From: Prochloraceae cyanobacterium | GTDB taxonomy: Bacteria; Cyanobacteriota; Cyanobacteriia; Cyanobacteriales; JASJDA01 | DNA length: 57,477 nt | Reading direction: 5' to 3' | Assembly: GCA_030065265.1 (NCBI GenBank) | Contig: JASJCW010000005.1 | Location: 1-57,477, forward strand | In this document: positions 1 to 10,800 of the stretch, in pieces | How positions within the stretch are numbered: the first letter of the stretch is position 1 | Layout: each line of letters opens with the position of its first letter | The notes under the pieces: model-generated | Seen by the model: only the letters and a program-made list of their open reading frames with translations | Told to the model about the DNA's origin: nothing | Database searches by the model: none | Made by a program: the position numbers and the translations under genes

Positions 1-188
1 GGTTGAATAGCCTCCAGAAAATTTAAACCATTAGGGAATAAGCCTAAACCTCCGCCAACTTCTTTAAATTCTTTTGCTTTTTCGTAAACTTGAACTTCAA
101 TACCTTGGTTGCGTAGGGCGATCGCAGTTGCTAAGCCCCCAAGTCCCGCACCAACAATTGCAACTTTTTCAACAACACCACTGATAAT
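1..188 (-). CDS. FAD/NAD(P)-binding monooxygenase-type oxidoreductase, N-terminal part only (gene continues past the left edge of the window)
   Basis: The reverse-strand translation reads SGVVEKVAIVGAGLGGLATAIALRNQGIEVQVYEKAKEFKEVGGGLGLFPNGLNFLEAIQ. This is a GxGxxG Rossmann dinucleotide-binding fold typical of flavin monooxygenases. An in-frame stop at 195-197 bounds the 5' end. No canonical start codon lies in between, so the start is uncertain. Confidence 0.55.
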   Translation of the reverse strand, partial: MISGVVEKVAIVGAGLGGLATAIALRNQGIEVQVYEKAKEFKEVGGGLGLFPNGLNFLEAIQ

Positions 189-389
189 TTTGTCTCAAAA
201 TATCTTTTAAAGAAACTAAGTTGGCTTGATTTGACTGATGTTTCTTAATTTATCATCGATCGCTCTCAATAGAAAAACAACAAGAGTAGCTAATTCATAG
301 GAAAATGAATTGTTTTTGCTGTTCCCGTTGTCTTTATAGAGAGCGAAATGCTGGTATGCTGAAAAGGTGCGATCGATATTTAATTTCCT

Positions 390-806
390 TCAACGCCAGT
401 AGGGACGGCCTTTCCAAAATACCCCGACCATAATTCCGATTAAAGAAACCTGGCTAAAGTCGAGAATGAGGCTATTGAGCAGGAAGGATTTAATGCCAAT
501 TGCAAGCATCAAACAAAGAACTAAAGACCAGAGACTGGCAGTGTTAAGGGATACACCCGCTACTCTTTCCCAATTTTCACACAAATATACCCCTAAAGCT
601 CCGACTCCAACAGCAGCACCAATGACAAATACTTGACCTAGGGGAGGTTGGAACATGAATAATATGCTGTCGTGGCAGATTTTGGAACTGTTGTTACACA
701 GAACTAATAATATTTCAGCTAAAGCTGCGAGGGTAACTGTTAAAGCGGATGCTAAACCTAAATTTCGCCAGGGTTGAGATTTAAAACGATACCAAAAGTC
801 ATTCAT
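390..806 (-). CDS. Hypothetical integral membrane protein (about 4 predicted TM segments)
   Basis: 138-aa ORF with several long hydrophobic stretches. Its start lies 8 nt downstream of the priA stop on the same strand, so co-transcription is likely. Confidence 0.5.
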   Translation of the reverse strand: MNDFWYRFKSQPWRNLGLASALTVTLAALAEILLVLCNNSSKICHDSILFMFQPPLGQVFVIGAAVGVGALGVYLCENWERVAGVSLNTASLWSLVLCLMLAIGIKSFLLNSLILDFSQVSLIGIMVGVFWKGRPYWR

Positions 807-813
807 TTTGTTA

Positions 814-3303
814 TTACTCGATATTTATAGGATCGACATCGATCGTCATGCTAACCGATCGCGGACAAAGTTCGCGCAGTTCTTTAATATTAAGTATTTC
901 CGCTCCCATTTCAATTGGCAGTTTCAGTAAAATTTGCCATCGGTAGCGTCTGGCTATTCGCATAATATTTGCTGGTGCGGGGCCTAATATTTCGCAATCT
1001 TCAGGGAGGCGATCGCTTAAAATATCTTTAAATATTGCTGCGGTTTGTTGAACTTCTGCCGATTCTAAACCGCTTAATTTAATTAAAATCAATTTGCCAT
1101 AAGGCGGATAATTTAAAGCTAATCTTGCTTCTAATTCTGCGTTTATAAAACTATCATAATCGTGACTTTTGACCGCTTCTATGACTGGATGTTCTGGTGA
1201 ATAGGTTTGAAGGATAACTTTACCTGGTTCTTTGCCTCGACCTGCACGACCTGCAACTTGTGTCAAGAGAGAAAAAGCTCTTTCTGTAGCGCGATAGTCG
1301 GATCGGTGTAAAAGTCCGTCGGCTGCTATGACTCCGACTAAAGTAACCCCTTCGAGATCTAAACCTTTAGTTAACATTTGAGTGCCGACTAATAAATCGG
1401 CTTCTTGATTAGCAAAACTGTTTATTAAGCTGCGATGCGCCCCTTTCGTTCTAGTCGTATCGCTATCGTAGCGGATACAGCGCAGTTGAGAAAACTGATT
1501 TTTTAATTCTTGAATTACTTTTTGAGTCCCGCTACCGAAGAATTTTAAATAGGGAGATTGGCATTCTGGACAGTTAGATGGCTGCAACATGGTATGGTTG
1601 CAATAGTGACAGCGCAATAGTTTTGCCGTCCCTTCTCCAGCATAATGATAAGATAGGGAAACGTCGCAATGGGGACATTCCATCACATAGCCGCAACTGC
1701 GACAAGAAACAAAGGTGCTGTGACCGCGACGAGAAATAAATAAAATGCCCTGTTGTTGGTTAGCGTGCATTTCTGTTAGAGCCGATTGAAGTTTGCGACT
1801 GAAAATAGAGCGGTTTCCTCGTTGCAATTCTTGACGCATATCGACTATTTCTACTTCTGGTAGAGGTCGAAAGCCGATTCTTTCAGGAAGGGATAAATAA
1901 TGAGATTTTGCCGAAATCTCTTCTGTGGCTGTTACCCAGCTTTCTGTCGAAGGAGTCGCCGATCCCAAGACTAAGGGACAATTTTCTAATTCTGCGCGCC
2001 ATTTAGCAACGGTACGAGCGTTATAGGTTGGTGCTTGGCGATCTTGTTTAAAACTGTTATCGTGTTCTTCGTCGAGGACGATCAAGCCCAGATTTGGTAG
2101 GGGTGTAAAAATAGCCGATCGCGTACCAATAACTATTTGAGCCGATCCAGAGATTGTATTGCGCCAAGTATCGTATCTTTCGCCGCTGCTGAGTTTACTG
2201 TGATAGATAGATACTTTATCGCCAAAACGAGCGCGAAAGCGATCGCTTAATTGGGGTGTTAAACCGATTTCAGGAACTAAGACTAAGGCTGATTTTCCTC
2301 TTTGCAATACTGCTGCGATCGCTTGTAAATAAACTTCTGTTTTTCCCGATCCGGTTACGCCATGTAACAAGACTATGCTGTATTCTTGAAGCTCTGTAAT
2401 TACTCGTTTGGCTTTTTCTTGGGCCGAATTTAATTGTTTGGGTCGATCTTTTTTCGGATCGAATTCTCTTGCGAGTCGCAATATTTCTCTTTGTTCGATA
2501 ATGACGCAGTCTTTTTTTTGTAAGGCTTCGACTGTAGCACTAGTTGTTTTGGCAATTTTTAAAAGTTCTTCGAGCCATAATTCTCCCCCTCGCTGTCGCA
2601 ATATTTCAAAGATTTCTCTTTGTCTGGGGGTTAAGTCTGCAGTAGGGCGATCGGCGACTAAAGTGACTGCTTTTTTCTGTTTGGGGCGGCTTTTTTGGGG
2701 TGGTTCGAGATAAGTTTCGATCCAGTTTCTTTTGATTAGTTCTCGCAGTCCTCGGCTTGCACCTCTAATTTTGCGATTGATATACTGACTGCTATAGTCG
2801 CCATCTTTTTGGGATTTTAATAGGTTTAAGATTTGTGCTGCGATCGCAGAGCAGAAATTTTCTGCTCCTGGTGGAATTGCTGAGGGGATTAATTTGATTC
2901 TTCTGGTCGATCGCCCCAATAAACCTGGAGGTAATGCAACCCTAATCGCGACAATTAATTCGCTACAATAATATTTTGCTATCTTCTCGAGCAACTGCCA
3001 ATAAGATTTACTAAATAAACCCCCAGCTATTTTATCTTCTACGGCTTTAATCCGATCTGGATCTAAACCTGCTGGCAACGATTCTAATATTCTAATGGCA
3101 ATTCCTCCGGTCTGTTGCGTGCCAAAAGGTACGCTAACTATATCTCCGGGTTCGATCGCTAAATCGGATGGCAAACTGTAAGTGTAAAGTCCTTCGACTC
3201 CAGGACAATCTACCAATACTTCCAACCATTGTTTTTTAGTCGATTCTGTTTGATAAGATGACCTCGGTTCTGCCAAAATTAAACCCAATTTGCGATCGCT
3301 CAT
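814..3303 (-). CDS. priA: Primosomal protein N' (replication restart helicase PriA)
   Basis: 829 aa. Walker A is GVTGSGKTEVY, DEAH-type motif II is VLDEEHD, and Cys-rich zinc-binding inserts are CRSCGYVMECPHCDVSLSYH...LRCHYCNH...CPEC. The C-terminal domain is typical of PriA. Confidence 0.93.
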   Translation of the reverse strand: MSDRKLGLILAEPRSSYQTESTKKQWLEVLVDCPGVEGLYTYSLPSDLAIEPGDIVSVPFGTQQTGGIAIRILESLPAGLDPDRIKAVEDKIAGGLFSKSYWQLLEKIAKYYCSELIVAIRVALPPGLLGRSTRRIKLIPSAIPPGAENFCSAIAAQILNLLKSQKDGDYSSQYINRKIRGASRGLRELIKRNWIETYLEPPQKSRPKQKKAVTLVADRPTADLTPRQREIFEILRQRGGELWLEELLKIAKTTSATVEALQKKDCVIIEQREILRLAREFDPKKDRPKQLNSAQEKAKRVITELQEYSIVLLHGVTGSGKTEVYLQAIAAVLQRGKSALVLVPEIGLTPQLSDRFRARFGDKVSIYHSKLSSGERYDTWRNTISGSAQIVIGTRSAIFTPLPNLGLIVLDEEHDNSFKQDRQAPTYNARTVAKWRAELENCPLVLGSATPSTESWVTATEEISAKSHYLSLPERIGFRPLPEVEIVDMRQELQRGNRSIFSRKLQSALTEMHANQQQGILFISRRGHSTFVSCRSCGYVMECPHCDVSLSYHYAGEGTAKLLRCHYCNHTMLQPSNCPECQSPYLKFFGSGTQKVIQELKNQFSQLRCIRYDSDTTRTKGAHRSLINSFANQEADLLVGTQMLTKGLDLEGVTLVGVIAADGLLHRSDYRATERAFSLLTQVAGRAGRGKEPGKVILQTYSPEHPVIEAVKSHDYDSFINAELEARLALNYPPYGKLILIKLSGLESAEVQQTAAIFKDILSDRLPEDCEILGPAPANIMRIARRYRWQILLKLPIEMGAEILNIKELRELCPRSVSMTIDVDPINIE

Positions 3304-4125
3304 AAGAAGTTTTTGCTCGCTTTATTTTATTATTTTTGATATTGCTTAAAATTGCAATTGTTAAGCTGACTTGCTTTTACGGGTCAATAACGAGCGTCGA
3401 TTCTTTTTTAAATTGTTTTTATTACTCATAAGTAATATTAAAATTGTTTATCTTCTATTTGAGTAAATATTAGTAAAAATATTTAGTTAATCACCCATAC
3501 AATCGCCCTTGATTTTTTGAGTGGCGAGTTAAACAAACCGGCTGACAAGTGCGATCTAAATTATGCAAGCTTCTAGTGTAACAATTCAAAAAACCTTTGG
3601 CAACACTAGGAGCATTAACGAGGAAATGTTACCCTGGTAATAGTAACTAAGAAAAGTCCCTTAGTCATGGCAAACTCCTTAAAGTTATGGTAAAGCTCTG
3701 TTGGAAGGTTTGCAATCGATCGCGTCAAGATCGCTATTTTGAGAAGATTGGCCTGAAATTCTCGATTTTTTATACTGTCAATTTTAATAGCAAGCCTAAT
3801 AAACTTAGAAAAAAATCCTATTTTGTAATTATCAAAACAAACATTACAAATAGTTCTGTTAATCTATTAAAAACCAATTTTAGCAAAGCTAAGGATATCA
3901 AAACCATTGCCCCTAAACAGTCGCAATTGTTAAGAAAAGATTTAATTTGTCAAATTAGGCAGATAAAAAAAAACCAAGGGCATAAATTAAAGTTAGGAAA
4001 TTAAACAAAAACAAAATTGAAGATAAAAATTCCAAATAACAAAGTAAAACAATCGTTAATTCGATAGAACGCAGTTTTCCAAAAAACACTTTTAATTATT
4101 AGCAGGTAACAAAAAGAGTTGGCAT

Positions 4126-5253
4126 ATGAACGCAGCTAAATTGACAGCAAAAGAGACTTTACAAGAAGTTGATAATACAGATTTACTAAATAAATTCGAC
4201 GATCGAAATAAAGATTCTGAAGATCTCAACGTCGTAGAAGTAGAATTTTCAGATTTAGAAACATCCCTAGAAAAAGAAACATCAACATATAGCAGAAATA
4301 ATGTAGACGATACGGTAGGTGCTTTTTTTAAAGAAATGGCGCGCTATCCTCTCTTGAAACCAGAAGAGGAAGTAGAATTAGCTCACAGCGTCAAATTTAT
4401 GGTGCAAGCAGAGGAAACTAGACAGGAGTTGTGCGAAAAATTACAGCGTCATCCTTCTAAGTTAGAGTGGGCGATCGGGATGGGTTTTACTAGCGAACGT
4501 CAGTTAGAGAATCGTCTCTATCGCGGTAGGGTAGCAAAAAGAAAAATGATTCGCTCTAATTTGCGATTGGTAGTGTCGATCGCAAAAAGATATTTAAATC
4601 GAGGAGTACCTTTCTTAGATTTAATACAAGAAGGGGCGATCGGCCTGAACCGTGCGGCTGAAAAATTCGATCCCAACAAAGGATATAAGTTCTCTACATA
4701 CGCTTACTGGTGGATCAGACAAGCCATTACCAGAACGATCGCTAACGACGCAAGAACGATTCGCTTACCGATTCATATTGTCGAAAAGTTGAACAAACTT
4801 AAAAAAGCACAGCGAGTTCTCAAACAAAAATTACAACGCAACCCTAACGAGGAAGAATTAGCAAAAGAACTGGATATGAGCGTAACGCAACTAAGGCAAT
4901 TATTGCAGTTACGACGACAGTCTTTATCTCTCAACCACAGGGTTGGTAAAGGAGAAGATACCGAACTATTAGATTTGCTCGAAGATGACGATCTGCAATT
5001 ACCAGAAGACAAAATGAGCGAAGCGATGATGCGTCAAGAAATATCCGACGTTTTAAGCGACGTACTCACAGAAAGAGAAAAAGATGTCATCTCCTTGCGT
5101 TACGGTTTATCTACTTCTCAACCTTACACTCTAGAAGAAGTAGGGGGAATGTTTAACCTCTCTCGCGAAAGAGTCAGACAAATTCAGAGTAAAGCGATGA
5201 GAAAGTTGCGCCGTCCTCAAGTTGCTCGTCGTCTTAAAGGATGGTTAAATTAA
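4126..5253 (+). CDS. RNA polymerase sigma-70 family factor, group 2 type
   Basis: 375 aa. Region 2 contains [48 protein letters not shown] and RTIRLPIH. The region 4 HTH is [29 protein letters not shown]. Confidence 0.9.
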   Translation: MNAAKLTAKETLQEVDNTDLLNKFDDRNKDSEDLNVVEVEFSDLETSLEKETSTYSRNNVDDTVGAFFKEMARYPLLKPEEEVELAHSVKFMVQAEETRQELCEKLQRHPSKLEWAIGMGFTSERQLENRLYRGRVAKRKMIRSNLRLVVSIAKRYLNRGVPFLDLIQEGAIGLNRAAEKFDPNKGYKFSTYAYWWIRQAITRTIANDARTIRLPIHIVEKLNKLKKAQRVLKQKLQRNPNEEELAKELDMSVTQLRQLLQLRRQSLSLNHRVGKGEDTELLDLLEDDDLQLPEDKMSEAMMRQEISDVLSDVLTEREKDVISLRYGLSTSQPYTLEEVGGMFNLSRERVRQIQSKAMRKLRRPQVARRLKGWLN

Positions 5254-5299
5254 ACGAGAATAGTAGTTAGAGGGCAGAAGCTCGATCTAGATATTTAAA

Positions 5300-5863
5300 T
5301 TGCCTAGTTTTCTGCCTTATTCTCATTTTTTGAGCCATTTTATTCAGGAGCGAAAAAAGTTGAGCGATTCCTATCAAATACGTCTTGCTCGATCGCCGGA
5401 TGCATCGACTATTTTTGAATTAATCGAAGCACTAGCAGAATACGAAAAACTCTCCCATCAAGTTACAGGTAGTGCCGAGTTATTGCGAGAGCATTTATTT
5501 GGCCCGCAAAAATATGCTGAGGCGATCGTTGTCGAGTGGGACGGTTTGATTGTTGGTTTTGCTTTATTTTTCGCTAACTATTCGACTTTTTTAACTCAAC
5601 CAGGAATATATCTAGAAGATCTCTTTGTCTTGCCCGAGTATCGTCGTAACGGTATCGGTAAAGCAGTTTTAATATATTTAGCTGAGTTAGCAATAGAGCG
5701 CGGTGCCGGTCGTTTAGAGTGGTCTGTTTTAGATTGGAATGCAAGCGCGATCGCTTTCTATGAAACCATGGGGGCTAAAGTCTTACCTGATTGGCGAACT
5801 TGTCGGGTGACGGGGGATTCTTTAGCAAATTTAGCTGCTTCGAGACTAGAAAATACCCAGTAA
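5300..5863 (+). CDS. GNAT family N-acetyltransferase (diamine/spermidine acetyltransferase-like)
   Basis: The acetyl-CoA binding motif is YRRNGIGKAVL, with a conserved GNAT core (IVGFALFF...LEDLFVLPEYR). The true start may be the internal TTG at 5360, just before LSDSYQIRLA. Confidence 0.8.
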   Translation: MPSFLPYSHFLSHFIQERKKLSDSYQIRLARSPDASTIFELIEALAEYEKLSHQVTGSAELLREHLFGPQKYAEAIVVEWDGLIVGFALFFANYSTFLTQPGIYLEDLFVLPEYRRNGIGKAVLIYLAELAIERGAGRLEWSVLDWNASAIAFYETMGAKVLPDWRTCRVTGDSLANLAASRLENTQ

Positions 5864-5962
5864 AATAATGAAAGTAAATAGGGAAAAGAGCAACATTCCT
5901 CCTAAAATAATCCAGACTACGGAAGTATCGTGTTTAGTGGTTTGAGTGTCATTATTATTCAT
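5846..5962 (-). CDS. Possible small single-pass membrane protein (38 aa)
   Basis: The internal ATG at 5962 is preceded by GGAGG 4 nt upstream. The product is MNNNDTQTTKHDTSVVWIILGGMLLFSLFTFIILLGIF, a polar head followed by one TM helix. It overlaps the 3' end of the convergent GNAT gene by 18 nt. Confidence 0.3.
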   Translation of the reverse strand: MNNNDTQTTKHDTSVVWIILGGMLLFSLFTFIILLGIF

Positions 5963-6568
5963 AAAACCTCCTGATTTGCCAAGAAATTTCGATTGATTAG
6001 ACTTCTCAAACGAGGTAGAGAACATCAAAGCAGGGAACAATTTGTTTTTTTGCTGTTTTCCGATCTATGTTGCCTTAATTATGTCAAAACTAATTTGACA
6101 AGAAGTCCGAATCGCTCGAAAATCATTCATTTTCAAAGAAAAATATTATTACTGTAGACTTCTGAGATAAATAGAGAACAGAGAAAAGGAAAACATCTTT
6201 GCTTGAGCCTGCTCTGTGTTGCCTACTTTCAATATCTACAATTTAAATTTTAAAAAATAATTATATCTTTAAAAAGATATTTGCTAAATAATTACATTTA
6301 TTTACAATAAAAGCAATAAATCTTAATGATAGTGGGATAATTTTCGTTAAGATATCGTTTTCCCAATCTAAATTTTTAATCTGCCAACAACTATTGCAGA
6401 TCTAGATTGAATTCTCGATCGCTTGTGAACAATTGTGTAATCAATACCCTTCAACTAGTCCTAACAGCGATTTGTTGAAAAGTCTAGATTTTGATTGCGA
6501 TCTAACTTTCTTAAATTCTGCCTAGTTTTTGAAAACTATTCAAAGCGATCGCAATCTCTAGATCGATA

Positions 6569-6704
6569 CTATACCAATTCCTCAAAATAACCCTACAGAT
6601 CTATTTTCCAATTTTTTTACCTCTTGCCTGTTCCCTATTGCCTATTATTGCCTGTTCCCTATTACCTATTATTGCCTCTTACCTATTCACAGAATTGATA
6701 TTAA
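6569..6704 (+). repeat. Composite MITE-like element, copy A: inverted termini flanking a CCTNTTN heptamer array
   Basis: The left end TATACCAATTC (6570-6580) is inverted relative to GAATTGATATTA (6692-6703). The internal array at 6620-6687 reads cctcttg cctgttc cctattg cctatta ... The left module recurs at 50418-50460 and, reverse-complemented, at 45040-45095 and 12360-12432. Confidence 0.6.
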
Positions 6705-6761
6705 GAGATTTTTTGCCAAGAAACGAACTTTGCTATCTTCTACTTAAATTGATTCGGTAAG

Positions 6762-7706
6762 TTAATCATTAATGCGATCGGCAACTTTCACTCTTTTTGC
6801 AATTGGTTTTCTCGATAGATCTGCAATCACAGAGTCTAAAATTTGGTTGAATTCTTCTGGTTTAACTTGTGGCAAAAAATGACCGACATTTTTAACTAAA
6901 ACTACACTTTCATGAAGCGGTTTTTCTTGACCGGTTGGTGCTGCGTTAATATTTCGCAGTCGATTGGAAAACTTTTGTAAATCTGCTGTTTCTTTTTCTG
7001 CTTTCCAAACCAAAATTTGAGATATGGCACTGACAGCCATTTTAGGCTCGGCATTTGTCATTGTATTTGCGATCGAATCCACTAACTTCGGATCTGCCTC
7101 TTTTGTAAACATAGAGCGAATTAAATTATCGCTAGTTTTTTGAAAATTGTTTTCAAAAGATTTGGTAAAATTAGCGATTTCTTCAGTTGTTTTTGGGTAT
7201 TGAAAAGAAGTATAAAAAGTATCGACTCCAACAATACCAATAACAGGAGAATTATTTGTAGAAGTTTTATTTTCAAGGATTTTGGCGGCTTCGATCGCTA
7301 CTGGGCCACCCATCGAATGACCGACTAAAATTACTTGTTTGGCACCGACATCTTCAATCACAGAAACAACATCTTGTCCGAATGCAGAGATAGTATAATC
7401 TTCGCGTTTGCTAGTCGATTTGCCATGTCCGGCTAAGTCTAGGGAAATCACTTGATATTTTTGAGCAAAATAATTAACTTGAGCATCCCAAAATGTGCGA
7501 TTACAAGTCCAACAATGAACGAAGACTATCGTGGTGTCTCCTTTACCTTTGACGACATATTCGATCGAACTTTTATCGATCGATTCGACTTGACCTACTT
7601 TTTTTTGAGAAGCAGAAAAATCTAAACTACATCCAGATACTCCAGAGAAAAGAAGTAGGCTACTTAAGAGAAGGGAGGTGTATTTCCAACGCATTTTTGT
7701 CACCAT
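6762..7706 (-). CDS. Alpha/beta-fold hydrolase, probable lipoprotein
   Basis: 314 aa. A signal peptide is followed by a lipobox (LLFSGVSGC). The nucleophile elbow is GHSMGG, and the N-terminal part contains the HCW/oxyanion region. Confidence 0.8.
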   Translation of the reverse strand: MVTKMRWKYTSLLLSSLLLFSGVSGCSLDFSASQKKVGQVESIDKSSIEYVVKGKGDTTIVFVHCWTCNRTFWDAQVNYFAQKYQVISLDLAGHGKSTSKREDYTISAFGQDVVSVIEDVGAKQVILVGHSMGGPVAIEAAKILENKTSTNNSPVIGIVGVDTFYTSFQYPKTTEEIANFTKSFENNFQKTSDNLIRSMFTKEADPKLVDSIANTMTNAEPKMAVSAISQILVWKAEKETADLQKFSNRLRNINAAPTGQEKPLHESVVLVKNVGHFLPQVKPEEFNQILDSVIADLSRKPIAKRVKVADRIND

Positions 7707-7818
7707 TATTATCCTTAATTCTGTTAGTTAATGTAAGGCTGGATCTTATCTAGAAAAAAAGTCGAATTTTATAGCAAAGTTTTAATAATTCAGTAAAAAA
7801 TCCTTGTCAAGATCGAAA

Positions 7819-7875
7819 CAAAAAAAAGAAGTGCGATCGCGTCGCAGATTGGCTTTGAAAAATGCGATCGCACTT
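7819..7875 (-). terminator. Rho-independent terminator downstream of carB
   Basis: A 12-bp perfect stem forms between AAGTGCGATCGC (7829-7840) and GCGATCGCACTT (7864-7875). On the minus strand it is followed by a run of T (plus-strand A-run 7819-7827), immediately after the carB stop. Confidence 0.65.
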
Positions 7876-7882
7876 GAAAAAC

Positions 7883-10800
7883 CTAAGAATGGTACTCTTG
7901 TAAAGCTTTTACTTCTAGAGGTTGAGACTGTAAAGATCTGATTGCTGCGGCTGTTGCTTTAGCCCCGGCGATCGTGGTAATGATGGGTAATTTGAAATCT
8001 AGTGCAGTGCGACGGATCGATCGCGCGTCAGTTTGAGATTCTTCCCCGGTTGGTGTATTGATAATAAATTGGATGTCGTTATTTTTAATCCAATCGATCA
8101 CGTGGGGACGACCTTCGTGTAATTTTAAAACCAGATCTACATCTTCGATCCCGTTTTCGATTAAAGCCTGACGAGTGCCCGAAGTCGCAACAATTTTAAA
8201 CCCGAGATCGATCAATTCTTTAACTACTGGAACTGCTGCTTTTTTATCGCGATCGCTTAAGGATACGAAGACGTTACCCGATAAAGATAATTTTACACCT
8301 GCGGCTAGTTCTGCTTTGGCAAAAGCCTTTCCGAAGTCATCATCTATGCCCATAACTTCCCCTGTAGACCTCATTTCCGGGCCTAAAAGAGTGTCAGTAC
8401 CTTGGAACTTATCGAAGGGTAAAACGGCTTCTTTAACGGCAATATGGCGGGGAATCAATTCTTGTTCGATGCCCAAAGATGGTAAAGTAGAACCGGCCAT
8501 AACTCGAGAGGCAACTTTTGCTAAGGGAGTGCCGATCGCTTTGGAGACGTAGGGTACTGTCCGAGAAGCGCGGGGATTTGCTTCTAAGATATATACTTGT
8601 TCCCCTTGAACGGCATATTGAATGTTCATTAACCCTTCTACTTTTAGAGCATTAGCCAGCTTGACAGTCCACTGACGAATCGTATTTAAAGCAGTTGGGG
8701 ATAGGGAAGTGTGGGGAATAGAACAAGCAGAGTCACCAGAATGAATTCCAGCTTGTTCGATATGTTCCATGATGCCGCCGATAATAACATTATTATCCCG
8801 ATCTGCTAAAGCATCGACATCGACTTCGATCGCATTTTCGAGGAATTTATCGATCAAAATAGGGTGGTCTGGTTCTACTTTGACAGCTTCGTTCATGTAT
8901 CTTTCGAGTTCGCGATCGCTGTAAACTATTTCCATGGCCCGTCCGCCCAATACGTAGGAAGGGCGAACTACTAAAGGATAGCCGATCCGACTGGCAATAT
9001 TGAGAGATTCTTCGTAACTGCGAGAAATTCCGTTCGGTGGTTGTTCGATGTCTAATTCTCGCAAAATTTGCTCGAATCTTTCGCGATCTTCTGCGGTATC
9101 GATACTATCGGGAGAAGTTCCCCAAATCCGAGTTTGAACGGTGGAGTCTTCTTGCTTTTGCAAATATTTTTGTAAAGGTAAAGCCAATTTTAAAGGAGTT
9201 TGACCGCCGAATTGGACGATAATACCTTCGGGGTTTTCTGTTTCGATGATATTGAGAACGTCCTCTTTGGTTAAGGGTTCAAAATAGAGGCGATCGCTGG
9301 TATCGTAGTCTGTCGAAACTGTTTCGGGATTGGAATTAATCATAATCGTCTCGAAACCGTCATCTCTAAGTGCAAAAGAAGCGTGACAGCAACAATAATC
9401 GAATTCTATCCCCTGTCCGATCCGATTCGGCCCTCCGCCTAAAATTGCGACCTTTCTTTTATCGCTCGGTGTGACCTCCGATTCTCCGTTTTCGTAGGTA
9501 GAGTAATAATAGGGGGTAAACGCCTCAAATTCAGCCGCACAGGTATCGACTAGCTTATAAACGGGCAATATACCTAACCCTTTTCTATAGGCTCTAACTT
9601 CATCTTCGCTGGTTTTAGTTGCAAAAGCGATTTGGCGATCGCTGTATCCTTGTTGTTTGACGAAGCGCATTTGTTCGGCATTGATTTGACTTAAAGGAGT
9701 CCTTTTGAGAAACTTCTCTGTTTCTAACAACTCTTGCATTTTGTCGAGAAACCAAGGATCGATCGCCGTTAGTTCGTGAATTTCGGCAACGCTCATGCCC
9801 AATTTTAAAGCATGATACAAAGAAAATATCCTTTCTGGATTTGGCGTTCGTAAAGAAGATCTAACCTGTGCTAAAGATGGTAGCGGTTCTTGAATGTCGC
9901 AGCCAAAACCGTAACGGCCTACTTCTAAACTTCTCAACGCTTTTTGAAAAGATTCGCAAAAAGTCCGGCCGATCGCCATTGCTTCCCCGACTGATTTCAT
10001 GGCCGTACTTAAAACTGGTTTCGTACCGGGAAATTTTTCAAAAGCAAAACGGGGTACTTTAGTAACTACATAATCGATCGTCGGCTCGAAGGATGCGGGG
10101 GTTTTTTTGGTAATATCGTTTTTAATTTCGTTTAGGGTATAACCCACTGCTAATTTTGCCGCAAATTTGGCGATCGGAAAACCGGTTGCTTTTGAAGCTA
10201 ATGCAGAAGATCGCGATACTCTGGGGTTCATTTCAATGACAATAACTTCCCCATTAATCGGATTTACGGCAAACTGAATGTTAGATCCCCCAGTTTCTAC
10301 TCCTATTTCTCTGATAATCGCGATCGAATAGTCTCGCAATCTTTGATATTCTTTATCGGTTAAGGTTTGTGCTGGGGCTACTGTTATCGAGTCTCCTGTA
10401 TGCACTCCCATCGGATCGAGATTTTCGATGCTGCAAATAATTACGACATTATCTGCTAAGTCCCGCATTACTTCTAGTTCGTATTCTTTCCAGCCTAATA
10501 AAGACTTTTCGACTAAAATCTGCGAAACTGGAGATGTATCTAGACCGTATTTGGCAATTTCTTCGTATTCTTCTTGATTGTAAGCTATTCCTCCTCCGCT
10601 TCCTCCCAAAGTAAAAGCCGGACGAATAATTAAAGGATATGTGCCTATTTCTTTGGCAATTTCTTTGGCTTCTTTGAGGTTATTAGCAATCCCCGAAGGA
10701 CAGACGGGAACGCCAATATTATTCATTGCTTCTTTAAAGAGCAAGCGATCTTCTGCTTTTTCGATCGCGGGTAATTTCGCGCCGATTAACTCTACTCCAT

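Noticed and set aside
2408-2713. Antisense ORF inside priA. Similar antisense ORFs lie inside the sigma gene (4773-5012), the hydrolase (7140-7328), carB (8175-8552, 9037-9222, 9868-10062, 10641-10883), the DUF3084-like gene (13177-14541), fabI (16527-16736), devA (18167-18388) and devB (20608-21447). Others lie inside cheA (25013-25264), the MCP (26731-29964), the PATAN genes (33313-34442), tamB (36418-39513), sqdB (43972-44154), the oxidoreductase (46776-46964), the ferredoxin (48686-48883), ctaC (52528-53031) and ctaD (53874-54555).
   Set aside because: Each lies fully within a much longer ORF with clear family motifs on the opposite strand or in another frame. They have biased Ser/Arg/Leu composition typical of shadow ORFs.
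3687-4004. 105-aa plus-strand ORF in the sigma-factor upstream region
   Set aside because: Its Lys/Asn/Ile-rich composition mirrors AT-rich non-coding DNA. It has no RBS and contains poly-A tracts.
6620-6687. Possibility that the short tandem arrays (also at 12184, 35781, 44836, 50317, 50469, 53110) are CRISPR arrays
   Set aside because: The unit length is 7 nt with no unique spacers and no cas genes. These are STRR-like heptamer arrays, not CRISPR.
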